The position numbers and the translations under genes were made by a program. From assembly GCF_018350175.1 (NCBI RefSeq), contig NC_058383.1, forward strand, positions 17,360,001 through 17,424,000: a DNA stretch of 64,000 nt, read 5' to 3'. The stretch is from Felis catus. Lineage: Eukaryota. Every line of letters starts with the position of its first letter. The stretch's first letter is position 1. Shown one piece after another: positions 16,914 through 29,400 of this stretch. The notes under the pieces were generated by a model. It saw only the letters and a list, made by a program, of their open reading frames with translations. It did not search any database and was not told the DNA's origin.

Positions 16914-17666
16914 ACCAGTGTCTATGCTCTTAACACAGCTTCCTCTGTGTTGGGGTCAGGTTTCCTGAACAGTTGGGGCTGGCCTGAGTTAGAAGTCAGA
17001 AAGAGAAAAAGAATGCACACTGAGTGTTCTTCCCTCCTGATTGAGTCTTCCACCACCTGTAAGAAACGTAGGCACCACTGTAACCCTGTTTCCTGGGGAG
17101 GCAGCAGAGATGTGTTGAGATTTTCCAGTCTCATTGCCAGGAAGTAGCAGAGAGCCCCAGCCCTCAATACTCAGCCCTGCACACACTTCCACTGAAGCAA
17201 GATGGGAGAAGGTATGTGAAACCCACCTGCACGTGGGTCTGGGGGAGAGGTGGGGAAGCTAAAATAGAGGGACTGGGAGGGTCTGCCCACAGTGCCCTTC
17301 CCAGTTCCCAGAGGACGACTTCCATGCTGGGAGCAAGTTTGCTCTATGTTGGACTCTAAGGTTTTTACATTCAACAATTCTGAGTTTTTCAGACAAGGCA
17401 CGTAGGGGCTAATTGTCCAAGGTCACTCACATAGTACATGGGGAAACTGGGATTTGAACCAAGGCAGTCTGGCCATGGCTGAGGCACAGAGAGGGGTGGT
17501 GAATGGCCCGGGGCAACACAGTCACAACCCCAGAGCTAGTTGCTGCTGGCTCCCTTCTGGCACTTGACTCCTAGCCAACTGGGGGGCGGAGCAGAGGTGG
17601 AGCTAGGGAGACCCAGGTGGCCTCTCTGAAAACCAGACTACAGGCGGCAGAGTGGCCTGGAGCAGC

Positions 17667-20600
17667 ATGAAGCAGAGCTGGGGACCAGAGCTGCTCATCC
17701 TGGGAGCAGTGGTTCTCATGGAGGGTGAGCCACCCATGTTTGGGTAGGGGAGTGGTATGGTAGGTGTTCAGGGGCCACCCTCTGCCCCAGCAGCCTTGCA
17801 GCCTGGTGTGTATGTGAGGGGGCATGCCTAGGGGAGCGATGGTCTGCCTGTGGCGATGTAACCATGTCTGGCTGTGTATCAGAGGAGGTGTACGTGGCCA
17901 CCTTTGTCAAAATGCGTGTGATTTTCTTGGGCAAGATTACAATCTATGTCTGCAGTCATTATGCCTGTGTGTGTACCCTGTGCCTGTCTGCCTATCTACT
18001 TCCAGAATGACCTTAGGCAAGTTCTGGGGGCCCTTTGGCCTCAGTCTCCCCGTCTCTACATATGTCCCATCTTTCCTGGCCCAGATGTTTCTGTGCCTGT
18101 GATGGGGAAGAGGCAGGGTAGGGGATCCTTTGGTAAAGTCTCTGGTGGTTTGTGGAAAGGTGGGGGAGTCTGAGTTGTCAGAACAAGGGTGGGGACTCTC
18201 AATCTCTTGGAGCCCTCCCCCACTCAGACATGACGTTGGCCTCTAATCCTTCCTCTTAGGCCTTCACGACTGAGGGCACAATTAAGCTAATGCTCTCCAC
18301 ATATACAGGCCGCCTCCCTGACTCAGTGGCGGGGGCTGGAGTTAGGGGATCTGAAGCCTGGAGGAAGTTTGGACTAGTCCCAAGATGAACCCTGGCCCTG
18401 CTTTTCAGACTCAGGAGTGCTGAGCACAGCTGAGGGAGGAGAATTAATTACTGAGTGTACGCTCTGAATAGGTTCCAATAAAAGCTGTTTCTTGGCCTCA
18501 TATATTTTCATTCTGGGAGGGGCTGGTAAGGTAGCCACACAGTCATAGGCAAGGACCCAGGGCCCATCCCCCCAAACCTATCCCTTCCACCAAGGCTGGG
18601 CCATGCAGGTAAGGCTCCCCTAAGTCTCATCTGTGTCTCTCTCTTCCCAGGTCTTCAAGCAGCTCAGCACGGTAAGCTTTGGGGATATGCGGCCAGGCCT
18701 TCCTTAGGTCTGGCTTGGGCCTGTGATGAGGGAAGGACAGAGACCTTCTGTCATTCTGATCCACCCCTCTCCACAGTATGTGGGCAGCGTGGCCCTGGCC
18801 CCCCCGAGCCTCAGGAGGGCATCACAGCACCTGGTGAGTGGCCCTGGCAAGCCAGTGTGAGGAGGCAGGGGGTCCACATCTGCAGCGGATCCCTAGTGGC
18901 AGATACCTGGGTCCTCACTGCTGCCCACTGCTTTGAAAAGTGAGTCATGGCTGGGGTCAGAGTTTCTGACTTTTGGGGGTGGGGTGGGTCATATGTCCTC
19001 CAAACTCTGTAAAACTGACTCCTGCCCCTAGAATCACAATGTATCATTTACTGAAAGTGTGCCATGTGCCAGGTACACATTATCAAGTTAAGTTAAGCCT
19101 TGGTAGAAGATTTACAAATGAGAAAGCTGAGGTTGGGAGAGGGAAGGACCTTGCTTAAAGCTCTGGGCTGATTTTTGTCCATCTTCCACCTACCTGGTAG
19201 TGTCCCGGTTGGTGTCACTGTCCCCCTTTGCATTCAATGCCTTGGCCTTATCCCTCCCCTTCCAGGGCAGCAGTGACAGAACTGAACTCCTGGTCAGTTG
19301 TCCTGGGTTCTCTGCAACGTGAGGGGCTGAGCCCAGGGGCCGAGGAGGTGGGGGTGACCGCCCTGCAGCTGCCGAGGGCCTATAACCACTACAGCCAAGG
19401 CTCAGACCTGGCCCTGCTCCGACTCGCCCACCCCATGGCCCGCACACCCCTCTGCTTGCCTCAGTCTACCCATCGCTTTCCTTTTGGGACCTCCTGCTGG
19501 GCTACTGGCTGGGATCAGGACACCAATGATGGTAAGTGCTGTCCCAGACTGAATCCCAGAGAGGCACTATGCTTGCCCAAGGTCACGCAGCCTCAGCTGC
19601 CAACCATCCCTGTGCTCAGTCAGATTTGTACCTCCCCACCCCCCCCGCCAACTCCCTTTCTTTTGCCAGCTCCCAGGACTCTACGGAATCTGCGCCTGCG
19701 TCTAATCAGCCGCCCCACGTGTAACTGTCTCTACAACCGGCTGCACCAGCGGCTGCTGGCCAGCCCAGCTCGGCCTGGGATGCTGTGTGGGGGCGCCCAG
19801 CCTGGGGTGCAGGGGCCCTGTCAGGTCTGATGGGGAAGATGAGAAGGGAGCAGAAGGGGAGGAGGCCTAGCCCTGAGCTGGGTGCTTGATCTACAGGGAG
19901 GGTGGACCTGCTGCTGTTAAAGGGTGTCTGTCCATGGCTGGGGCTGAAGTGTCTATACTTGACTCCTTTTCCCGGCTCCAGGGAGATTCTGGGGGCCCAG
20001 TGCTGTGCCGTGAGCCTGATGGACATTGGGTTCAGGCTGGGATCATCAGCTTTGCATCAAGCTGTGCCCAAGAAGACACTCCTGTGCTGCTGACCAACAT
20101 GGCTGCTCACAGCTCCTGGCTGCAGGCTCGAGCTCAGGGGGCAGCCTTCCTGTCCCAGAACCCAGAGACCCCAGAGATCAGTGATGAGGACAGCTGTGTA
20201 GGTATGAGCAGGGGATGTTAGGAGTGGGACGTGTTCTGGGCAGCAGACAGAAGCACAGTGAAGCAAGTTTCAGCTCAGAACAGAGAATTGGTACAGGGCA
20301 GTCACACATTGCTGGGGGCTAACTAGGGGGGCATTTAAGGCCCCTTTCAGCCTCTAAGATGGGAACCATTCCATTTAAGGGCTGAAGGGGCACAGATACT
20401 TCAGAACTTCGTGCATTTAAAAAAATTTTTTTTAATGTTTATTTATTTTTGAGTGAGACACAAGAGTGTGAGTGGGAGAGAGTCAGAGAGAGAGGGAGAC
20501 ACAGAATCCGAAACAGGCTCCAGGCTCCAAGCTATCAACACAGAGCCTGATGCGGGGCTTGAACTCACGAACGGTGAGATCATACCTGAGCTGAAGTCAG

Positions 20601-22668
20601 ATGCTTAACCGACCGAACCACCCCAGCACCCCTAGAACTTTGTGTATTTAGAGTTTAGGTATAAAGAGGGATCTCTGAGATCTGATTGAAGGTTGTGGGG
20701 GTAAGCTGCAAGTTTCCAAGCAGGGACCCAGTGAGAATGGACAGGGCAGGCTCCCGCTCAGGATTCTGGCATTAAGTAACTAACATGTAAATTGCATGCA
20801 AAATTATTCCTGGAACGAAGTTGTATCTTGATGGTTAAGAGAAGTACTAGTGAGCCAGGAATTCTGGGGCCAGTCCAAGCCCGGAGGGGCACAGACAGAG
20901 AATAATGAGCAGGGCCACTCCCATGAGGCTAGACCATCAGGGTTTAAAAGCTTAGGCCCTCCCTGGTTTTTGAGACTTAAGTCGGCTACCTGCCTGTGGT
21001 TACTGAGCTAGAAAGTCACTTAACCGTTCTGGAACTTTGGTTACTTTGGTAATGAGGGTAACAAAATCCAACTTAAGAGGATATTGTGAGGATTTGATAG
21101 TACGTGGGAAGCGCTTAGCACAGGGCCAGGCATGCGGTGAGCACTTAGCAAGAAGGCAGATAGATGATGTAATCTGTCTGTTTCAGCCTGTGGATCCTTG
21201 AGGAGAGGAGGTCCCCAGGCAGGAGCCCCCTCCCCATGGCCCTGGGATGCCAGGCTGAAGCACCAGGGGAAGCTGGCCTGTGGTGGAGCCCTGGTGTCAG
21301 AGGAGGTAGTGCTGACTGCTGCCCACTGCTTCATTGGGTGAGCCATGTCTCTCTTGCCTTCATGCCCATGCCTTCGCTGGCAGGCCTGCCACTCGATGCT
21401 GTCAATGATGCCTCTCTGCACAGGCGCCAGACCCCAGAGGAATGGAGCATAGGGCTGGGGACCGGACCAGAGGAACGGGGCCTGAAGCAGCTCATCCTAC
21501 ATGGGGCTTATACCCACCCAGAGGGGGGCTACGATGTGGCACTCCTGCTGCTGGACCAACCTGTGACACTGGGCCCCAGCCTTCGGCCCCTCTGCCTGCC
21601 ATATGCCGACCACCACCTGCCTGATGGGGAACATGGCTGGGTCCTGGGGCTGCCCCGCCAAGAAGCAGGTATGTAGGACAGGCCCATCAGCAGCTGTCCA
21701 TCCATCCTAGAGGCTGTCGGGGCAGCTGGGTCTTTTCCCTTGCCCTATAGGTGCCAGCTCCCCTCAGACAGTGCCTGTGACCCTCTTGGGACCCAGGGCC
21801 TGCAGCCGGCTGCATACAGCTCTTGGGAGCGACAGTATCCCCATTCTGCCAGGAATGGTGTGTACCAGTGTTGTGGGTGAGCCGCCCCACTGTGAGGTGA
21901 GCCCCCCCGCTGTGAGGTGAGCCTCAGTCCTCCAAACCTTACTCCACAGACCCCTGGCATCTTTATCATGTAACTCACAGACCTGCCAGGCTTGGCCTCC
22001 AGACCCGCCTCGCACTTGAAATTGGGCCTTTCTGCCAACTGGCTCCCAAAGAGCCAGAGCCTCATCCCAGCCCCAAGCCCCTTCTGCCCCCACAGCTGCC
22101 TAGGGAAAAGAGGAAGTCACCCAGTGTCACCTGACTCCTGACAGGGCCTGTCCGGGGCACCACTGGTGCACGAGGTGAGGGGCACATGGTTCCTGGCTGG
22201 GCTACACAGCTTTGGAGATGCCTGCCAAGGCCCTGCAAGGCCTGCAGTCTTCGCGGCACTTCCCGCCTATGAGAACTGGGTCAGCAGTTTGGATTGGCAG
22301 GTCTATTTTGCTGAGGAGCCAGAGCCCGAGGCAGAGACTGGAAGCTGCTTGGCTAACATGAGTACGTGGCCCTGGGGCCTCCCTGCTAACACTTCCCTCT
22401 CCAGACCCATTCTCTCTCAATCCAGGGAAAGATCTGTTCTGACCCAACCTCTTGCTGCCCTGGGTGGGGTAGTGGACATAATTCTGGTTCCTCATCATTG
22501 TGACTTGGAGCAGGCCTCAACTTCTTCAAACCTCAGTTTTCTCATCTGTCATAGGGGTTAAAGTAGCACCTTCTTCCTCTTCCTTCCAGGAAGGGAAGAA
22601 AAGTTTTGAGGATGAGGCCAACCCCACCCTCCTTCCTCTTCCTGACAGGCAAACCAGCTGGCTGTTGA
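17667..22668 (+). CDS. PRSS53: Serine protease 53 (polyserase-3), two tandem trypsin-like domains, 11 exons, 553 aa
   Basis: Exons 17667-17724, 18651-18671, 18777-18939, 19266-19531, 19670-19824, 19982-20201, 21187-21337, 21424-21668, 21751-21896, 22145-22361, 22649-22668. Total 1662 nt = 553 aa + TGA, all GT-AG. Domain 1 triad TAAHC/SDLAL/GDSGGP; domain 2 TAAHC/YDVAL/GLSGAP. Gln30 is present. Confidence 0.97.
20425..20632 (-). mobile_element. Can-SINE in PRSS53 intron 6
   Basis: Reverse SINE flanked by TSD-like agaacttcgtgcattta / agaactttgtgtattta. Confidence 0.85.
21876..21923 (+). repeat. 20-nt tandem duplication across the PRSS53 exon 9 donor
   Basis: GGTGAGCCGCCCCACTGTGA / GGTGAGCCCCCCCGCTGTGA / GGTGAGCC. 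Confidence 0.9.
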
Positions 22669-23014
22669 CAGGTGGCTCTGGGATGCTGCAGACGCAGTGA
22701 GACAATTCCTGCATCACTGCCCCTGTACCTCCCCCATTCCCTCCACCCACGCATGATTCCAGGCACTGGGGCAGGCCCAGCAGCCCCGTGGGCTCTGGGA
22801 AGGAGCATGCCTGGACCAGCAACTGCCCTTACTCCCCACCCTGCAGGCCAGGGAGATGTCGCCTGTGGATGCTTCCCTACACCCAGCTCCGCCGTCCGAT
22901 GCAGGCGTCCCCAGCCTTCCCTAGTCTTCCTCCCCTCAGATATGATCACACCAGCCGCTTACTTTGAAATTTTCTTTTTTGGGGGGGGAGCAATTTTCCT
23001 TTTTTTTAAACTTA

Positions 23015-23020
23015 AATAAA
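23015..23020 (+). terminator. Probable PRSS53 polyadenylation signal AATAAA
   Basis: First AATAAA after the PRSS53 stop codon. Confidence 0.7.
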
Positions 23021-23438
23021 TTGTTACAAAATAGACTTTAGAAAATAAGTTACAAATTGTAGCAAAAGGCTCCCCTTCCATAGGCAACATTCCCACCTGT
23101 GGCTCTCTGAATCCACCTCTCCCTCTTGTTGGAATCTGGCTGGTGACAGCGGCCCCACATTGTGGCAGAGCCTGGCACCGGGTTTCTTGCAGGGCTGGTC
23201 ATAGGGAAGAGCATAATGACAAAGGCTGGGGAAAGGAGAGCCTTCAAGGACAGGGATATGAGGAACACCTTACCCCTTCCATGGGCAAGAGGCCAGATCT
23301 GGGTCCTCTTCACAGCAGGAGAGGGAAATAAGAGATGGGGATGCCTAACTACTCCTGAGCAAAACATGGAGATCAAGCCTTTCCCTACAACCCGCCCACC
23401 CCACCCCGCCCGTATTCTGATCTTTGGAGACTTGAAGT

Positions 23439-26400
23439 TCAGAGGGAGAAGCTGAGGTCTGCAGGCCACTGGGGTGAAGGATCCAGAAGTGGGGTCGTGG
23501 GGGTAGGTGGAGGGGGCAATGACAGGTCCCGTCTGCCCGCTGCTGGTGCCTTTGGGGCTCCTGGGGAGAAAGAGAGGAGGTCACTGACTGAGGCCGGCAA
23601 ACCCCACACAGCTTGCACCCCCTCCCTAGCCTGCAGGCCATTCTGCTGCTACCCCCAACCCCAGAGGCCTGCATGTAAACTAATGATTTTTCCAGGCCTA
23701 ACTGGCTCCTCACTCATTCCCTTGAGGTCACAAGAAATCTTTTATCCTGAAAGCCATCTTGTCAGCTCTCTCACGATACTCTCACCCACCATCCCCTCCT
23801 TCCCTGATCATTTCTGGTCAAGGGCCCGCCATCTTGGGGATACCCACCCTTGGTTGCCACTAAATGGAATAGATCCTGGGAGAAGGCCTACAGATCTCTA
23901 GAGGAGGCAGAGGACATGAGCCCAGGGCTCAAGAACAGACTGAGGAAACAGGCTGCCCCACTCCCACACAGCCTCATCCTTCAGTCGGGCTGGGTGGAGT
24001 GACTTTCCATGGAAATTCCCCCTGATAGAGGATGGGAGATAGGGGCTAATGACTGTTGTTGCCTCAGCTGGGCCTGGCTTCAAAGAAAACAATTATCTGT
24101 GACTCAATCCTCCAGTTAAAGGTGTGCTGGAGGGAATGGGGGTATGCAGGTGGAAAAAGTGGTTTGGTTGGCTCCTAAAAAGGAGATGCACAGCAGAGAG
24201 AAGAAAGGGTAAAGGGTTCAATATAGGGAAGAGACATGAGGCAGTATCAGTACCTAAGGACCAAAGGTCTAGTTTCCAAGAAGAGGAGAGGAGGGGGACC
24301 AGAGACGAAATTCAGAGAAAGAGGGACAGGGAGCTGGGGGCCAACCAGTGACCAGTTTCCCTGACCAGGTCAGCACAAAACACAAAGCAGTCCATTCTGG
24401 GGGTGCCTCCCAACCCCATTCTTCACCCTCTTGCTCCCTGCCTACTTAGGGAAAGAGCACCACCTAGGCCATTTTTCTCTGGAAATCATTCCTTTACTGG
24501 CTGGATCAGGAGTTTCCAGATATAGTAGACACATGGCTGCCTCCCCTCCCCAAACAAAAAGCCCATTCTTCTTTGGTTCCTGCACGGCAGCTGCCTCTGC
24601 CCCTGCCCACAACCACCCCCTCCCCCCAGCCCACTGTCCAACCCACCATGCTGTTTACCTGACTCAGGAGTTCTGATCTCTGCCCTCACCAGGCAGCATC
24701 CTCAGACCAGTTTCCTCCATATCCAATTCCCCGCCCTCCACTCCTGCACAACCTCTTGGAAGCCATGTGACCCTCTCCTCTCACTCCTTGTCCCCCCACC
24801 CCCACTCTGCCCACCTACTCTGGAGCCCTTCCGTCCTCTGCCCAAGCCATTCATGTTCCCGTACCAGAGCTGGCCACTGTCCATTCCTCCTGGTGCTGCT
24901 GCTGGTGCTGCTGGAAGCTGATTCGGCGGCGGAAGTGGCGGGGACAATGAGGGCAGGTGAAGGGCCCCTCCCGGGGTGCATGGACTCGTCCATGACCCTC
25001 CAGCCGGGCAGCTGTCCGGAAGGCCTTGCCACAGATGCTACAGCGGTGGCGCTTGGGGTCTGTGTGGGTCCTGCCATGGTTCTTAAGGGACAGCAGGTTG
25101 GGTAGAAGTTTGGGGCAGAGGGAACAGGGATAGAGTCCAGTGGTGTGGGCCTTCTGATGGTTCAGCAGGCTACCGGCATGGCGGTAGGAACGCCCACACT
25201 GGGCACAACGGAAGGGCCGTTCCTCGTCTTCAGCCACTGTGGACTTTACTCCTTGCCCCCCATTAGCACTCCCAGTATTCTCTCCTGGGGTCCTGGGGGG
25301 TTCTGATGGGGCCTTTTGGATTTCCCCTTGGCCAGGGAGATCCACCTCATCCTTCACAGCCCCACCTTCAGGACCTCTGGCCTCCTCTCTCAGGGGTGGC
25401 ATCTGACTGAGGCCGCTGGCATGTGCGTGTAGGTGGCTGGCTAGTTCATGATGGGACTGAAAGGCCATACCACACTCAGGGCAGGCAAAGGTCTGGGCAT
25501 CTATGTGGTTGTGGCTGTGGGTCTTAGTGACCACAGGATTCAAGAACTCCTTGGAGCAGAGCAGGCAATAGTGGCGGTCTGTCTTGGAAGTGCTATGGCA
25601 GTTCAAAGGGTCTTCCGAGTGGCAGTATGTCTTGCCACAGTGGCTGCAGGAAAAGGTGTGACTGTCTTGACGGAGCTCAGGTCGGCTGTCTCCATCGTCC
25701 CAGCTATCCACTGGACTCAGACTAGGTCCATTGGACTGGCTGTTGCCAAGGTGGCAAGGACTCTTGGGGATGCTGTTCCCTGACTCATCTTCTGGCTTGG
25801 TCAGTATATGACCCTGAGGAACCCCATCTCCACCATGATCCACTGGTCCCCCATCTCCTTGCCTCCCTTCTGCATTCCCCATGTCCCAGGATACCAGTTC
25901 TGTGGCTTCTGAACCTGTTGCCCTGATGGGGCTCAGACTCTGCCCCCCCAGCCTCCTGGCTCCATCCTCCAGCTGGAGAACTGACTCAGTACCACCTGAT
26001 GTGTCCTCTAGTCCCTGGTCATTAGCCAGGTTCCCCTCACTGCCCTCTGTGCCAGTTGGACTTCTCAGACCACTTTTGGTATCCTCCTCATGCTCTCGCA
26101 AGTGCTGCTCCAAAGATCCCCGGCCAGGGAAGCCCCGGCCACAGAGGGCACAGCGCACAGCTGCTCGCCGAGATAGCCCTGCTCGCCGCCGCCGGCTCTC
26201 TGAGTGCAGCCTCTGGTGGTCCTTTAGGGCCATGCTGTTGGAGTAGGTCTTGGGGCAGGTGGGACAGCTGTACTGGCCCGTGTCGTGGCTGCGCCGGTGG
26301 TTTAGGAGGCTGCCAGCATGGCGGTAGGTCCGTCCACACTGCCCACACCGGAAGGGCCGATCTTCCCGAATCAGCTTCCGAGTGCCCCCGCTCCCACCCC

Positions 26401-29400
26401 GCTCAACATGCACCCGCTGGTGGCTGGCCAGCTGTTTCCGCAGGCGGAAGGCCTTCCCACATTCGCTGCAGCGGAAACGCCGGGGATCTGCATGGATGCG
26501 CCGGTGGTTTTTGAGAGACATGAGGTTTGAGAAGCCTTTGGAGCAGGCCTGGCAGCCAAAGTGTCCAGTCTGGTGGCTCTGCCGGTGATTGATGAGGCTG
26601 CCAGCATGCTTGTACGACCGGCCGCACACCTCACAGCTGAAGGGCCGCTCAGAGCTGGCCTCAGTCTGGCAGCTCTTCTCTGCGGTCTCCAACCTTGGCT
26701 CCACCTCCTCCCCTGTCACAGCGGCCTCCTCCCACTCCTCCTCTTTCACCCTTGCCACCTCCTCCAAGGGTTCCACTTTAAGTTCCTCCTGAAACTTTCC
26801 CACATCTGCCTGCCCCAGCCCTTCTTCTGCCATGTTCTGGGGCTCACTGCTGCCTCCTGCCTCTGGCACGGGCCCCACTTGGGGCTCAGAGCCTTTGCAG
26901 CGGGGGTGGTTTCGCAGATGATTACGGTAGGCAGCCAGGTTGGGGTAGCAGCGGGAGCAGACAGGGCAGATGAAGTCTCCAGTCTGATGGATCTTGCGGT
27001 GGTTCACCAGGCTGCCCCCATGGCGGTAGGTCTTGCCACACTGGTTGCAGCGGAAGGGGCGGGGTTGGGCCTCCAGCGAACTTTCCCCACCTTGCATGCA
27101 AAGGTTGTCTACAACCATGGCACCTACTCCCTCTCCAGACTTTGTGTCCCCACCCTCCCCAGAGAGGCAGGCCACTGCGTCTTCAAAGACATGGTCATGG
27201 TCTGCAACCCTTCCCATAGCATCACCTGACTCTAAGTGGCTGGGAGACTTGTCTATGGTGTTCCCAGAACTCTGACTTTGGTGGTGACGCTCCAAGCTCC
27301 CTAGGTCATCATAGGTCTGACCACAGCAGCCACAGATGTGCCCATAGCCAGCTCCATCCAGTGCCTCCACCTCCCGCTGCAGCTGATTCAACAGCTCTGC
27401 TTCTGAGAGCTGCAGTGGAGGGCTACGAGTGGAGGCTGCCCCTGATGCTCCTTCCTCTTCCCCCTCCTCCTCTGAACCCTCAGTCATGCCAGAGGAGTCA
27501 TGAGCTTGGCGCCGGTGAAGCCTGTAACCGGCCCGTCCTGGGAAGATCATGCCACAAAGGCAGCAGAGGAAAGGCTGTGCAGGGGCTGCCTCCCCGGGCC
27601 CATGGTTCTGGAAGTGGCTGCGCAGGGCAGGCAGTGAGTCAAACTCCTTCGGGCAGAGAGAGCACTGATAGATGCCTGGGGGGTGGCAGGGCCTATGGCT
27701 CAGCAGGCCAGTGACATGAGGGAAAGAATGCCCACAGTCAGAACACGTGTGGGAGACCTCAGCCGGCCAGCTAGTGACAGCTTCAGGAGAGTGGCAAGAG
27801 GAGCTGGGCTGGTCAGTGGCTAGTTTCTGGCCTTCACCCACCCCACTGAGATCATCACAGAAGCGAGTCCCATTGCTTTCCTCATCATCTGGGATGTCCA
27901 AGTTGTCAAGGAAACAAGCCTCCTTCTTTTCCAGTCCTTCCTCAGTACCTCTGCTCTCTTTATCACCCTGGAAACAGGCCTCATCCCTCTCAAGCCCACA
28001 TCTATCCCTTTCAGTGTCAGCCTGCAAACAGCCCCCATCACTTTCCAAGCTGCCTTGGGCTACATTAGGACTTCCCCCTGAAGGGTCTTGCGGACAGTCC
28101 AGGCCCTCACTGTTTTCCACCAACTCCTGGGCCCAGCTCCCGCCGGATGGGATTTTGGCTTCTCCCCCACTGCCAGCACTGCTAGCTCGCCTCCGGTGCT
28201 GCTTGCTCCACCGCCCACTGTGGCGTCGCAAATGGTTCTTCATGGCGGCCATAGTGTGGAAGTGCTTGGCACAGGCCCCACAACTGAAGTCCCCCGTCTG
28301 GTGGGTCTGCCTGTGGTTGATAAGGCTGCCTGAGTGACGATAGCTCTTTCCACAATCTTGGCATGCGAAAGCCCGAGGAGGGGACACCCTAGTCTCTGTC
28401 TTGCTGTCTTCCCTTTCCCCATGGGTCCGGCCATGATGTTCAAGGCTCTCAGCGTCTTCAAAGAGCATCCCACACATGCTACATATCTGTGGTGCTGTCC
28501 TATCAGCTGCTGGGGGGACATCAGTGGTCTCCTCTTTGTGTTTGCACCCATGCCCCTGATCAGTGGGTGGGGCTGCCTCTGCTTCCATGGGGTCAGGCGG
28601 GAGGTCTACCTTGAGGTGGCTGGGGGGACCCTCAGCCCCTGGGCCTGCGCTGCGGCGAGCAGCTTTGCAATGTACCCGCACATGGTTCCGCAGGGCCATA
28701 AGGTTAGGATACTTGCGGGGACAGAGTGAGCACTGGTACTCTCCTGTCCGATGGCTGTGGCGGTGGTTCACCAGGCTCCCCCGGTGGCGGTAAGCCCGAC
28801 CGCACTCATCACACTTATAGGGGCGGTGGTCCAGGGTGGTGGTGGGGACCTCTTCATCTTTGTGGGTGGTATCAGCCAGAGGCAGGGGAGCTGGTGGCAC
28901 TGATGGCTGCCCGTCCTCCCCAGCTCCTTGCCGGGGTCTGTGATGAGCCCGCACATGGTTTTTGAGGGCAGCTGCATTGAACAGCTGCTTGGAACAGATG
29001 GAGCAGGGGTAGACACCAGTCTGGTGGCTCTTGCGATGGTTGATGAGGCTCCCAGCATGGCGGTAAGTACGGCCACAGTCTCCACAACGGAAAGGCCGAT
29101 ACTCCTCTAGGCCACTGTCCTCTAGCTCCCCAGAGGTGCTGAGCTCCCCAGAGCAGTTCAGCGTCTGTGTACTAGGGAGCTGATCCTGGCTGCTCTCATC
29201 TGTGTGCCCGTTGGTTGTGGGCATCTCTTTCTCTTCCCATAGCCGCTCTTGCCTTTCACCCTCATGGGACTGTTGGTGTTCCAGCAGCTCTCGGGGGATC
29301 CTAAAGGCACGGGGACAGTGGGGACACTGGTAAGGCTGATACTGGGCATGGAGTCGGGAGTGGTTCTTCAGAGCCATGAGGTTAGAGAACTCTTTGAAGC

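Noticed and set aside
18606-18650. Strong CAG|GTAAGG donor-like site just upstream of PRSS53 exon 2
   Set aside because: It would define a 42-nt intron, below the usual minimum, and I found no supporting upstream exon.
19228-19830. 200-aa ORF read as a single PRSS53 exon
   Set aside because: It spans exons 4 and 5 plus an in-frame 138-nt intron with good splice sites. Retention is possible but I have no evidence for it.
22145-22165. GLSGAP instead of GDSGGP in PRSS53 domain 2 as a novel inactivation
   Set aside because: As I recall, human polyserase-3 has the same motif, so it is not specific to this genome.
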